Source: an uncultured Enterobacteriaceae bacterium (GTDB taxonomy: Bacteria > Pseudomonadota > Gammaproteobacteria > Eutrophobiales > Eutrophobiaceae). Taken from it: a stretch of 64,000 bases of DNA. The notes beneath the pieces were generated by a model that did not search any database, had not been told where the DNA came from, and worked only from the letters and a program-made list of their open reading frames with translations. Shown here in pieces: positions 11,582-20,222 of the stretch. Each line of letters starts with the position of its first letter. Position 1 is the first letter of the stretch. Where the stretch lies: assembly GCA_964479045.1 (NCBI GenBank), contig CAYZJI010000003.1, positions 95,483 to 159,482 on the forward strand. The letters run 5' to 3'. Both the position numbers and the translations under genes were made by a program.

Positions 11582-12916
11582 TTGAAACCAGCCACACTCT
11601 CAGTCCACGCAATCGATAAGCTGATTAATCAGTTGCCCGGCCATGGCCGTCTGTGGGTTGCGTTCAGTGGCGGGATGGATTCAACGGTGTTGCTACATCT
11701 GTTGGTCAATGCGCAGAAATCCATGGGGCGGGAATTGCGGGCCGTGCATGTCAATCACCAGTTGAGTCCGAATTCAGCAGACTGGCTCGAACATTGCGGA
11801 TCAGTCTGCGCTGCCTGGGGCGTACCCTGCGAACTGATCACGCTGGATCTCAGTATCAACCATGGTCATGGTCCGGAGGCTTATGCGCGGCACAAGCGCT
11901 ATGAGGCGATGACCGGCTTGTTGCTGGACAATGATCTTCTGCTCACCGCACATCATCAGGATGATCAGGCTGAAACACTGTTGCTGCAATTGATGCGAGG
12001 CGGGGGCCCGGAGGGGCTGGCCGCCATGCCAGCGATGCGTCCATTGGGTAAAGGCTGGCTGGTGCGGCCGCTGCTGGATTTTCTCCGGCGTGAATTACAG
12101 GAATATGCCGTACAGCATAAGCTGGAATGGATAGAGGACGAGAGTAATCTCGATAAAGGCTTTGACAGGAATTTTTTACGTCATGATGTGTTGCCCCTGC
12201 TCCGGCAGCGCTGGCCCGCAGTGGATGCAACTCTGGCGCGTACGGCCGGGCATATGGCAGAAGCTGCAGAGTTATTACGTGAACTGGCGAAGCTCGACCT
12301 TGAAAAATGTACGTCCGGTGCCAAAGACTCACTCAGTATCAAACCTCTGGTGGAACTGCCGGAAGACAGAGTGAGAAACCTGTTGCGCTACTGGTGCCGC
12401 ACGAATGGTGTGCCGGTCCCGAATGCCGCAGTACTTCAGAACATCATTCACGAAGTGATCCAGTCACGTCAGGATGCTGAGCCTTGTATCAGATGGGTAA
12501 ACAGTGAAATCAGGCGCTATCGTGATTGTCTGTATATAATGACGCCCGGCAACCAGCCGGATTCAGCATCAGTCTATCAGTGGGACTTGCACCAGCCATT
12601 GCATCTGGAAACAGGAACACTGACAGCAGTGCTGGTACAGGGACAGGGTATAAAATCCAGTGCAGTTCCGGATACGATGCTGGAAGTACGTTTCCGCACC
12701 GGCGGCGAAAGGATCAAACCGGCTGGCAGAAAGGAAACTCACACACTCAAGCATCTGTTTCAGGAGGCAGGGTTGCCGCCGTGGCAGCGTGATCAGGTGC
12801 CGTTGTTATACATTAATAATACGCTGGCCGCCGTGGCCGGCTGGTGGACCGATACCGCTTTTCAGGCAGCAGCCAACGAACCCGGCTGGTTGATCACGTT
12901 ACGTCAGGATTACTGA
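11582..12916 (+). CDS. tilS: tRNA(Ile)-lysidine synthetase TilS
   Basis: PP-loop SGGMDS near the N-terminus. 444 aa. Downstream of accA as in enterics. Confidence 0.85.
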   Translation: MKPATLSVHAIDKLINQLPGHGRLWVAFSGGMDSTVLLHLLVNAQKSMGRELRAVHVNHQLSPNSADWLEHCGSVCAAWGVPCELITLDLSINHGHGPEAYARHKRYEAMTGLLLDNDLLLTAHHQDDQAETLLLQLMRGGGPEGLAAMPAMRPLGKGWLVRPLLDFLRRELQEYAVQHKLEWIEDESNLDKGFDRNFLRHDVLPLLRQRWPAVDATLARTAGHMAEAAELLRELAKLDLEKCTSGAKDSLSIKPLVELPEDRVRNLLRYWCRTNGVPVPNAAVLQNIIHEVIQSRQDAEPCIRWVNSEIRRYRDCLYIMTPGNQPDSASVYQWDLHQPLHLETGTLTAVLVQGQGIKSSAVPDTMLEVRFRTGGERIKPAGRKETHTLKHLFQEAGLPPWQRDQVPLLYINNTLAAVAGWWTDTAFQAAANEPGWLITLRQDY

Positions 12917-12934
12917 ACAATTAATTAAAAAAAC

Positions 12935-13675
12935 ATGTCGATTATGAATCTTGATTTTTTCAGAAAAATTCTTGGAAAATCCTCACAGGTGGCCAGACCA
13001 CAACAGCCGGGGTCTGAACAGAATGACCTGCATAAACGCCTGCAGCAAATTTATGGGGAACAGCAGATTGAACTGCAATTACGCTATGAAAAGTGGGCAA
13101 TCCGGGAATCTTGGCAATTGAAAGATGAAGCATTGCCGCTGCTTTGTGGGCTTGAGCCCGGTACAGCCATATTCGCTCCCGCCGCCGATCAGCCAACGCC
13201 ACCGCTGGACGAGTTGTGGTCGCATGCACAATCCTGTGTGCAGCAGGGCCTGCTCCCGGTAATCAACCGTGAACAGCCCTCCGCTGACTGGCGGGTCCGG
13301 CCACTGGATGTCTATCGTTGGGCGAAAGTCAGCCGCATCTCTGTGCCTGAGGTACTGAATACCTTGATGGATTTCGTCGCGAGAACCATCAAATCTGAAA
13401 CAACCGGCACTTCCGCACAAACAGATGATCATGTCGATCGATCCGCGCACTTTGATCAGAACCGGGAAACAGTGCTTGGGGTTGCGCTGGCATTGCTGGC
13501 GGCTTATCCGGAACAGTGCCGTAATCAGAAGGGCCGGGTACAGGCAGATAAAATCCTGCGCTTGATGGACGAGAAAGGCGGGTTCTGGAGTAACAACGCA
13601 CAAGTGGATTTTTCTTCCATGGCGACGCGGGACCTCATCAACAAATGGCTGAACACACTGCCGGTTCAGGATTGA
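12935..13675 (+). CDS. Hypothetical protein (246 aa), no recognisable domain
   Basis: Intact ORF with plausible coding composition. No motifs recognised. Confidence 0.4.
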   Translation: MSIMNLDFFRKILGKSSQVARPQQPGSEQNDLHKRLQQIYGEQQIELQLRYEKWAIRESWQLKDEALPLLCGLEPGTAIFAPAADQPTPPLDELWSHAQSCVQQGLLPVINREQPSADWRVRPLDVYRWAKVSRISVPEVLNTLMDFVARTIKSETTGTSAQTDDHVDRSAHFDQNRETVLGVALALLAAYPEQCRNQKGRVQADKILRLMDEKGGFWSNNAQVDFSSMATRDLINKWLNTLPVQD

Positions 13676-13694
13676 CCGGTAGGTAGTGGATTTT

Positions 13695-15203
13695 TCAGTG
13701 CGTTACAGGCGCCCGGGTATTTTGCATGGCGGTGGCTTCTTCGATGGCATAATCCGCCGACAGCAGGGTGAAACGCAGATGGATATCACCTATCTCGATG
13801 ATATCGCCTTCATGCAGGATGTGACGGGCGACTTTCTTGTTGTTGACGTAGATTCCGTTCAATGAGTCCAGATCAATCAGCGTAAACACATCTCCCTTGT
13901 CCCGGCTGATTTCCGCGTGCCGCCGGGATACGGAACTGTCCGGCAATGTCATTTCATTGTCCTTCCCGCGACCGATGCGCCAACTGGTGCGTGTAATGGG
14001 ATAACGTTTCTTGGTTTCATCCTGTATGACCAGATAGGCATAGGGTTTGTATTCCGGTAATCCGCGAGTTTGTGGCGGAGCCTTTTTCTCCTGCCTGTAG
14101 AAGGTGAACAGGAAGGCAATGAGGATAATTACCAGAACAACGATCAGCGCAGCAGGTATCCCGTACCATATCCACACATTGAATGATCTTGCAGGTGTTT
14201 CCCGATTGATAATCTGAACTGGCGCGGCGACAGTGGCTGTTGCCGTACTGATTTCCTTGCCGACAGGTGCAGGCGGCGCAGTGATGGCCGGCGATTTTGC
14301 TGCTTCCGGCAATGGGACATTAACAGTATAACTGTCTGCGGCAGTGGTCAAAGTCAATGTAATATCATTTGCACCGGGTACTGTGATGGCAGGAACCTCG
14401 ATACTGAAGCGGCCACCACTGTCGATATTGTTATAAATACGTGTCGCGGCATCTTCAGACAGGCTGAAATTATTGCCGGTATCAATATAAACCGCTCCGG
14501 TTTCTTCACTCAGGCGCCGGATGGTTTGCAGGGCTACAGATTGGCTGACAGAACGCGGATAGCCCAGTCCAATGATGGTAATGCCTGATTGTCTGGCTGC
14601 GCGCACTACGTCGTCATGAAAATAGGCACGGTCCTCAGCCAGACCGTCTGAAAACAGGATGATCGTTTTACGATCAGCTTCATATGCACGAAGGGTCTCA
14701 ATGGCTGAGAGCACACTCCGGTAAAGTTCAGTTGTCTTTCCGGTGGCATGCAACTGTGTTGCAGCCTGGTTGATTACATCAACCGTTGAACCTAGTGGAG
14801 CATCAAGGCGCAGTGTTTTATCAAAACTGGCCAGTCCTGCATGGTGGTGCGGTTTGAGCGCACTCAGGAGCATAGCAATGTGTTTTTTCTGCTGTTCAAT
14901 CACCGGTTCACGGGCCGGATCACTGGTGTCCACCAGTAGCAGGAGTGCACTGGTGGCATCTTTCCATGGATAGGCCTCCTTACTGCTGACGGGGAGTTCC
15001 TGTCCGTTTACTTGTGCCTTGATATTAACGATTGGATCAGAAGTAACGGTGTAATACACACAGTCAAGTCTGGCTGGCGCACCGGCCGGGCACTTGAGTT
15101 GCAGGGTCTCCGGGGATAATGCTGCAACAGCCTCCTGCTGCAGAACCAGACACAGGACTATCGATAACAGTCTCAAGCAGGCTTGTGTCCGGTTTTGTAT
15201 CAT
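13695..15203 (-). CDS. Membrane protein with a periplasmic von Willebrand factor A domain, one TM helix and a cytoplasmic FHA domain
   Basis: N-terminal signal peptide. vWA-like region (LLLVDTSD..., ILFSDGLAED). TM helix VWIWYGIPAALIVVLVIILIAFLF. C-terminal FHA signature (WRIGRGKDNEMTLPDSSVSRRHAEI...NGIYVNNKKV). Confidence 0.7.
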   Translation of the reverse strand: MIQNRTQACLRLLSIVLCLVLQQEAVAALSPETLQLKCPAGAPARLDCVYYTVTSDPIVNIKAQVNGQELPVSSKEAYPWKDATSALLLLVDTSDPAREPVIEQQKKHIAMLLSALKPHHHAGLASFDKTLRLDAPLGSTVDVINQAATQLHATGKTTELYRSVLSAIETLRAYEADRKTIILFSDGLAEDRAYFHDDVVRAARQSGITIIGLGYPRSVSQSVALQTIRRLSEETGAVYIDTGNNFSLSEDAATRIYNNIDSGGRFSIEVPAITVPGANDITLTLTTAADSYTVNVPLPEAAKSPAITAPPAPVGKEISTATATVAAPVQIINRETPARSFNVWIWYGIPAALIVVLVIILIAFLFTFYRQEKKAPPQTRGLPEYKPYAYLVIQDETKKRYPITRTSWRIGRGKDNEMTLPDSSVSRRHAEISRDKGDVFTLIDLDSLNGIYVNNKKVARHILHEGDIIEIGDIHLRFTLLSADYAIEEATAMQNTRAPVTH

Positions 15204-15205
15204 AT

Positions 15206-15724
15206 TTACTTGTCCGGGAACATTGGATCCGGCAGATCGTAAAATTGTATGTTCACTGTTTTCTGGCCTGTCCGTGTGGTATCTCGCACATCATCGATCA
15301 TATTATCGTGGTCTTCAAGCTCACCCAGTTGCGGAATTCCCTTGTCCAGTTTGGATTTGGCATTGATTACGCGTTCATGCAGTTCATCTGAATATTCAAG
15401 CCGGAATGCGCGCGGAGGTTCCGGTGATGCGAGGTTGTCGATTTCCTTGAGCCAGAGATAAACAGCACCATCGGCGCCAGTGGCCTTGTTGGGTTGTTCC
15501 ACATAGGAGGCCACCATCTGGAAGCGCTGGGGCAGGCCAGCACTGGTGGGCCAGCCCAGCAGTGGCGGGAAGGAAAAATAGGTCACGATATAAAATATCG
15601 AAGTCACCATGATGGCACCGGCTTTGATCTTCCAGGACCAGTTGGAATAAAGATTTATGCTCAACAGCAAGACCGCAATCAACACATAGGCGGCGACCAG
15701 ACCCAGTATACCCAGACTAAACAT
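15206..15724 (-). CDS. Small integral membrane protein (2-3 TM), unknown family
   Basis: Hydrophobic N-terminal half and a charged soluble C-terminal half. Only 3-bp gap to the vWA/FHA gene. Confidence 0.5.
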   Translation of the reverse strand: MFSLGILGLVAAYVLIAVLLLSINLYSNWSWKIKAGAIMVTSIFYIVTYFSFPPLLGWPTSAGLPQRFQMVASYVEQPNKATGADGAVYLWLKEIDNLASPEPPRAFRLEYSDELHERVINAKSKLDKGIPQLGELEDHDNMIDDVRDTTRTGQKTVNIQFYDLPDPMFPDK

Positions 15725-15767
15725 TATTGGTTCCTCATTAATTCTGTTTTTTATATTCTGATTTTAA

Positions 15768-16361
15768 TTATCCGATAATCACCAGCTTTTTGGGCAGGAA
15801 ATTGATGTTGGAAACCTGCCCGTCCCGGTTGATAGTGAACCGCAGTACAGTTTGTTCGTCACCTTTCTTGTTGAGAGTGATAGTGCCATAGTAGACCACT
15901 TCAAGCCGTGGATTGACCTTGTCGAGACGGACCGTGACATCGACAGGCTTGCCTGTTTCCGTTCCATAATAATGGATGTTGACGACATATTCGCCCTTGA
16001 CTACACCGCGAATGGTGACGACTTCCTGGTTCAGCGGGTTTTCGATCGCTTCACCGTTAATGGTGATCTTGTCATTCACCATGCCGCGGTCATCCCGGTC
16101 AAGATGCAGCAAGCCCGCCTGGGTATTCCGGAACCAGACGATTTGTCCATCCGGATCTTCCACCCACGTATCAACATCATCCGGATTGAAATCCGGCCAG
16201 GTGACCGTGAGAATGTATTCCGCCTTGGGATCAATGATTCCGGTTTTGGCTTCGGGATTCATGAACATGATTGCCGCCAGAAACAGGAACGTAAAACCCA
16301 GTAATGCGTTGAACAACAGATCCGTGAACGGATCAAACTGTGTACGATTTCTGATGGACAT
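15768..16361 (-). CDS. ExbD/TolR/MotB-like bitopic protein with an enlarged periplasmic domain
   Basis: Single N-terminal TM with an Asp-containing helix, DPFTDLLFNALLGFTFLF (compare ExbD TPFIDVMLVLLIIF). About 150-aa periplasmic part. 4-bp gap to the MotA-like gene. Confidence 0.45.
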   Translation of the reverse strand: MSIRNRTQFDPFTDLLFNALLGFTFLFLAAIMFMNPEAKTGIIDPKAEYILTVTWPDFNPDDVDTWVEDPDGQIVWFRNTQAGLLHLDRDDRGMVNDKITINGEAIENPLNQEVVTIRGVVKGEYVVNIHYYGTETGKPVDVTVRLDKVNPRLEVVYYGTITLNKKGDEQTVLRFTINRDGQVSNINFLPKKLVIIG

Positions 16362-16364
16362 GAG

Positions 16365-17138
16365 CTAGTTCAACTTGGGCAGGATATAGACCTGCGTCAG
16401 ATGTTTGGTGATTTCTATCAGCTCATCCACAGTACGATCCAGCATGTGGTACTGGCTGGTGGTCAATATACTGAATATCAATCCGGCGAGTGTGGTATAG
16501 AGGGCAGTGCCCATACCATTGCCCATGTTGCGCAAAATACTTTGCATGGTGGTGACATCGAAATCCGTGATATTGGCCACTGAGCCCAGCATCAGGATAA
16601 AACCGATGATGGTGCCCAGCAGACCTAGTTTCAACATCAGATCAGCGGAATACCAGCCGAATTCATGCGGACCTTTCAGTTTGGATTGATAGACTTCGAT
16701 CAATTCTGTAATCGGGTGACTTTCATCGGTTTCAGCGTTCTTGTTTTTGCCTTTTTTCAGCAAGTCATGGATGAAATCTGTCACGACACAATCCGGTAAA
16801 ACCTTGTCCCCGTTCAGATGTACCTGCTCACCCACCATATGCAGTGTGAGATCAGGGTTGGAGCGAATCAGGACCTCTACATTCTTGGAATTCATCAATT
16901 GGGTGGAAAGATAATATATCCTTCTTGCACAATGAATGAGAACTATAACGAACAACAGGGTAATCACATAGCACAGATAACTCTTGTCGGTGGTATATAC
17001 CAGGATCAGCAGATTCTCATACCAGGTGATGAATGTAATCATGACAAACAGGCCCATGATAATGAGCCAGATCAGAAGCAGATGATACGGACCTGCAGCT
17101 ATGGTTTTGTTATTTTTTACAAATGTACTGTTGTTCAT
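16365..17138 (-). CDS. MotA/TolQ/ExbB-family proton-channel protein (4 TM, MotA-like topology)
   Basis: Family signature LGLLGTIIGF in TM3 and a conserved Thr-containing helix ALYTTLAGLIFSIL in TM4. Large cytoplasmic loop between TM2 and TM3. Confidence 0.65.
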   Translation of the reverse strand: MNNSTFVKNNKTIAAGPYHLLLIWLIIMGLFVMITFITWYENLLILVYTTDKSYLCYVITLLFVIVLIHCARRIYYLSTQLMNSKNVEVLIRSNPDLTLHMVGEQVHLNGDKVLPDCVVTDFIHDLLKKGKNKNAETDESHPITELIEVYQSKLKGPHEFGWYSADLMLKLGLLGTIIGFILMLGSVANITDFDVTTMQSILRNMGNGMGTALYTTLAGLIFSILTTSQYHMLDRTVDELIEITKHLTQVYILPKLN

Positions 17139-17144
17139 AAGTAG

Positions 17145-17624
17145 TTATTTTTCCGTTTCAAGCCAGCCAGCGGCGGCAAAATCGACAATTTTTCTGACCA
17201 GTTTGTTCATGTTATGCATAAGTTTGTTTAATTCCGGTTTGTTACCTTGTTCCGGCCAGAGTGGCGCGGAAATAATAAAGCTGTCGCCAGTTTGCCTGAC
17301 AGTTATCCGCCCCGGACAAGCATTAATCAGTTCCGGTTCAAGTTCAAGCATTTCCTTGGCAAAGGTCAGACTGCAATAGGTGATCACTTCGTAATCCGGA
17401 AAATTTTCCGTGCCCCGGCTGCGGATGGTCTGGCCGATGTGCAGATGGTCCACAATCCGGAGGTTCTGTTCAGTCAGGGCAAAATCAATGTCTTCGAGAA
17501 TATCCGCTAGGGGTTTGTCCGTGGCTTTTTCATAAACCGGCTGTTCACCGTTGGTATATGCAACTGCGCACCACAACAAACCTGTAAATAGAACTAACCC
17601 TCGCAGGGCAGGCTGGAAGTTCAT
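17145..17624 (-). CDS. Secreted DUF302-like protein
   Basis: Signal peptide and a 159-aa soluble domain. The DUF302 assignment is from memory of that family; confirm by profile search. Confidence 0.45.
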   Translation of the reverse strand: MNFQPALRGLVLFTGLLWCAVAYTNGEQPVYEKATDKPLADILEDIDFALTEQNLRIVDHLHIGQTIRSRGTENFPDYEVITYCSLTFAKEMLELEPELINACPGRITVRQTGDSFIISAPLWPEQGNKPELNKLMHNMNKLVRKIVDFAAAGWLETEK

Positions 17625-17654
17625 GGTTCACTGACTGAGTGGCGGGAGAAATCT

Positions 17655-18245
17655 CTACTCCCGGATGATGACCTTGGTGCCGATGGCCACATACTCCCTG
17701 AGTTCATTGATTTGCTGATTGGTCAGGGCAATGCATCCATTGGTCCAGTTGATGTCCGGGTGTATGTCGAGTTTTTCCTCTGTTTCTTCACCCAGACCAT
17801 GTATACCAATGTAGCCTCCAAGGGGCGTGTCTTGGGGAGGTTTTTGTTTGGACTTGAAGGCCTGGGCAATTTGCTTGAATTCCGATGCTGAGATGATGTT
17901 GTTTTTATAGCCATACCATGCATCCAGCAGGTTGGGATAGTCCAGCTGCATGAAGTAATGAAACTGGCTGTTGTCCTTGAAGTCGATGATTTTATAGACA
18001 CCGACAGGAGTTTTCTTGTCACCCAGTTGCCGTTTCGTACCATCACCACCCTTGCCGGTGGCAATACGGTACTGTTTGATCACATGCTCACCCTTGAGAA
18101 CAGCGAGCTCCTGTTTTGATTTGAAAATGATGATGTCGTAACCATCATCCAGTGCGTAACTCATATTGCAGAGCAATATGAGAATCAGGCCAGTGCAGAC
18201 CTGAAAATAATTAATGGTAGCTGTCCGGGAACCGGCATTATTCAT
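17655..18245 (-). CDS. L,D-transpeptidase (YkuD family)
   Basis: N-terminal membrane anchor. Catalytic region GIHGLG...NWTNGCIALTN (His/Cys motif of YkuD). Confidence 0.7.
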   Translation of the reverse strand: MNNAGSRTATINYFQVCTGLILILLCNMSYALDDGYDIIIFKSKQELAVLKGEHVIKQYRIATGKGGDGTKRQLGDKKTPVGVYKIIDFKDNSQFHYFMQLDYPNLLDAWYGYKNNIISASEFKQIAQAFKSKQKPPQDTPLGGYIGIHGLGEETEEKLDIHPDINWTNGCIALTNQQINELREYVAIGTKVIIRE

Positions 18246-18354
18246 ATTGTTGTACAGACGCAGTGATGAGCTACTGCATTCTATACAGAATTTATCTGCT
18301 TAGAAACGGGATGACAGAGGGATTGAATCCGGAACGGCCACGTGAATCAGGAGA

Positions 18355-18392
18355 GGGTAAAAAAATAAAGGGCCATATGGCCCTTTATTCTG
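18355..18392 (-). terminator. Rho-independent terminator downstream of pqqA
   Basis: Minus-strand hairpin AAAGGGCC-ATAT-GGCCCTTT followed by ATTTTTTT. Confidence 0.6.
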
Positions 18393-18414
18393 CTAGCTTG
18401 TAAGTCTCAGTACA

Positions 18415-18489
18415 TTACTTGTTGTTGATGTACATGGTGACTTCGAAGCCGAAACGGATGTCGCTATACTCAGGTGTAGTCCACTTCAT
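18415..18489 (-). CDS. pqqA: PQQ precursor peptide PqqA (24 aa: MKWTTPEYSDIRFGFEVTMYINNK)
   Basis: Minus-strand ORF not in the six-frame track because it is so short. It has the PqqA signature W-x-x-P and the E-x-x-x-Y cross-link pair inside FGFEVTMY. RBS GAGGAG lies 8 nt upstream. It has its own terminator. Confidence 0.85.
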   Translation of the reverse strand: MKWTTPEYSDIRFGFEVTMYINNK

Positions 18490-18558
18490 GGTAGTCTCCT
18501 CGTTAAGATTGAAGTTCAAGTCTTTGTAGCGGGAATGATCCAGCTACGCCTTAACTTT

Positions 18559-18574
18559 TGCAGAATCCGTGCCA
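18559..18574 (-). promoter_or_regulatory. Putative sigma-54 (-24/-12) promoter upstream of pqqA
   Basis: Minus-strand sequence TGGCAC-GGATT-CTGCA, with GG and GC spaced exactly as in the consensus TGGCAC-N5-TTGCA. It lies about 70 nt upstream of the pqqA ATG. Confidence 0.5.
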
Positions 18575-18749
18575 GTCATGTCTGCATACTGGGCAACATG
18601 AAAATATTTATATAAATCAATAAATTATTAATACAGCATCAAATATACAAGTCTCCTCTTCAGTCACCCGTAAAGCCAGTTTGGCTCTTCCAACCCAGAT
18701 TTTTGGTCTATATGAACCAACTGGTGTATGGGCTATACTCCGGCGGACT

Positions 18750-20222
18750 ATGTGGATACGGCGACCCAAATCATTGAGAAATCTGCTGATCATCCACGAG
18801 GTGGCGTTTGTCCTGCTGGTGGCGGTCACCGGTCTGCTGGGCGGGCTTTCCGCCTACTTCTGGCAGCAGTATTCCGCAGAATCTGAACGCATCAACAACC
18901 TGATATTTGGCATAGAGCAGATCCGCGGCGCTCTGTTCCGCCAGATCCAGGAGGCCATCCGGGCCCGCCTGCTGGAGGACGTCGGTGCCTTGGAACTGTA
19001 TGGCGAGTATTCCCGGACCATCGACCAGCAATTCAACCAACTCCGGCAGAATTCGAAATCCACGGATGAGGACATGGCCACCCAGGACCTGCAGGCGTCC
19101 TACCGGGAAATCCAGAAAGACATGAACAAGATTTTTACGGACCCCTACATGGTGAGCCGCACCGTGCGTATGAAAATTCTCGATCCGCGTTTTGCCCAGA
19201 GCATGGTGGGCAAGTTTGAGGGCGAGTATGAAGAGATGCGCTCCCTGTTGATGGCACAACATGACCAGCTCAATCAGGTTTTGCAGCGCTGGACGAGTTA
19301 TGCGCCGGCCATCATTCTTATACCGCTGATCCTCGCGATTGTCCTTGTGCTTTATACCCGCCATCTGATGAGCCGTGAATTTGTCGAGCCGATGTCCGCG
19401 GTAATGCAGGGCGCCGGTCATATCAGCCGTGGGAAACTGGAACACAAGATTCCTTCATATGGTGTGGAAGAAGTATCGCAACTCGCGCAAACCATCAACC
19501 ATATGGCCGGTGAACTGGAAGCCAGCCGTTCCGCTCTGGTGGAAAGTGAACGGCAGGCAGCGTTGGGTGCGTTGGTGCCGGTGGTCGCCCATAACATCCG
19601 CAATCCGTTGGCAAGCATACGGGCCACGGCGCAGGTACTGGATGATGTCGAGAACAAGGAGGAACTGCAGGAAGGCAAACAGGCCATACTGGAAACCATC
19701 GATCGACTGGGTCGCTGGGTGAATGCACTGGTGTCCTATCTGCATCCACTCAAGCCGAATTACCGGCTGGTGCATGCCAGCAAAATGATCGATGCGGCGC
19801 TGTCGTTGCTCAAACCCAAACTGGAAGAAAAAATGATCACTGTTGAAAAACAGGGATGGGAGCACGATGTACGCCTGAATGCCGATCCGGATTTGATGGA
19901 GCAGGCGTTGTATGCATTGCTGGCGAATGCGGCTGATGCTTCACCACCTCAATCCACTATTCAGATTGCAATGGAAAATCACGAAAATCATCTGTTGCTG
20001 CAAATACATGACAGTGGCCCCGGTTTGCCGTTTGATCCGAAACCGAATGAACTGGCGCCGGGTCCCAGCACCAAGCGCTTTGGTACCGGCCTCGGTATTC
20101 CGATTGCATTCAAGATTTGCCAGAAACATGGCTGGAAACTGGATTTCTCCAGTGCGCAGGGGCAGGGCACGGTCGCAAAAATCACCGCACCGATCAGAGT
20201 CATTGAGGAGATCAACGCATGA
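18750..20222 (+). CDS. Sensor histidine kinase (periplasmic sensor domain, HisKA + HATPase_c)
   Basis: H-box HNIRNPLASIRATAQ and G-boxes DSGPGLPF / GTGLGIPIA, with two TM helices flanking a periplasmic domain of about 150 aa. Start placed at the first ATG (18750); the ORF track begins at TTG 18681. Confidence 0.8.
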   Translation: MWIRRPKSLRNLLIIHEVAFVLLVAVTGLLGGLSAYFWQQYSAESERINNLIFGIEQIRGALFRQIQEAIRARLLEDVGALELYGEYSRTIDQQFNQLRQNSKSTDEDMATQDLQASYREIQKDMNKIFTDPYMVSRTVRMKILDPRFAQSMVGKFEGEYEEMRSLLMAQHDQLNQVLQRWTSYAPAIILIPLILAIVLVLYTRHLMSREFVEPMSAVMQGAGHISRGKLEHKIPSYGVEEVSQLAQTINHMAGELEASRSALVESERQAALGALVPVVAHNIRNPLASIRATAQVLDDVENKEELQEGKQAILETIDRLGRWVNALVSYLHPLKPNYRLVHASKMIDAALSLLKPKLEEKMITVEKQGWEHDVRLNADPDLMEQALYALLANAADASPPQSTIQIAMENHENHLLLQIHDSGPGLPFDPKPNELAPGPSTKRFGTGLGIPIAFKICQKHGWKLDFSSAQGQGTVAKITAPIRVIEEINA

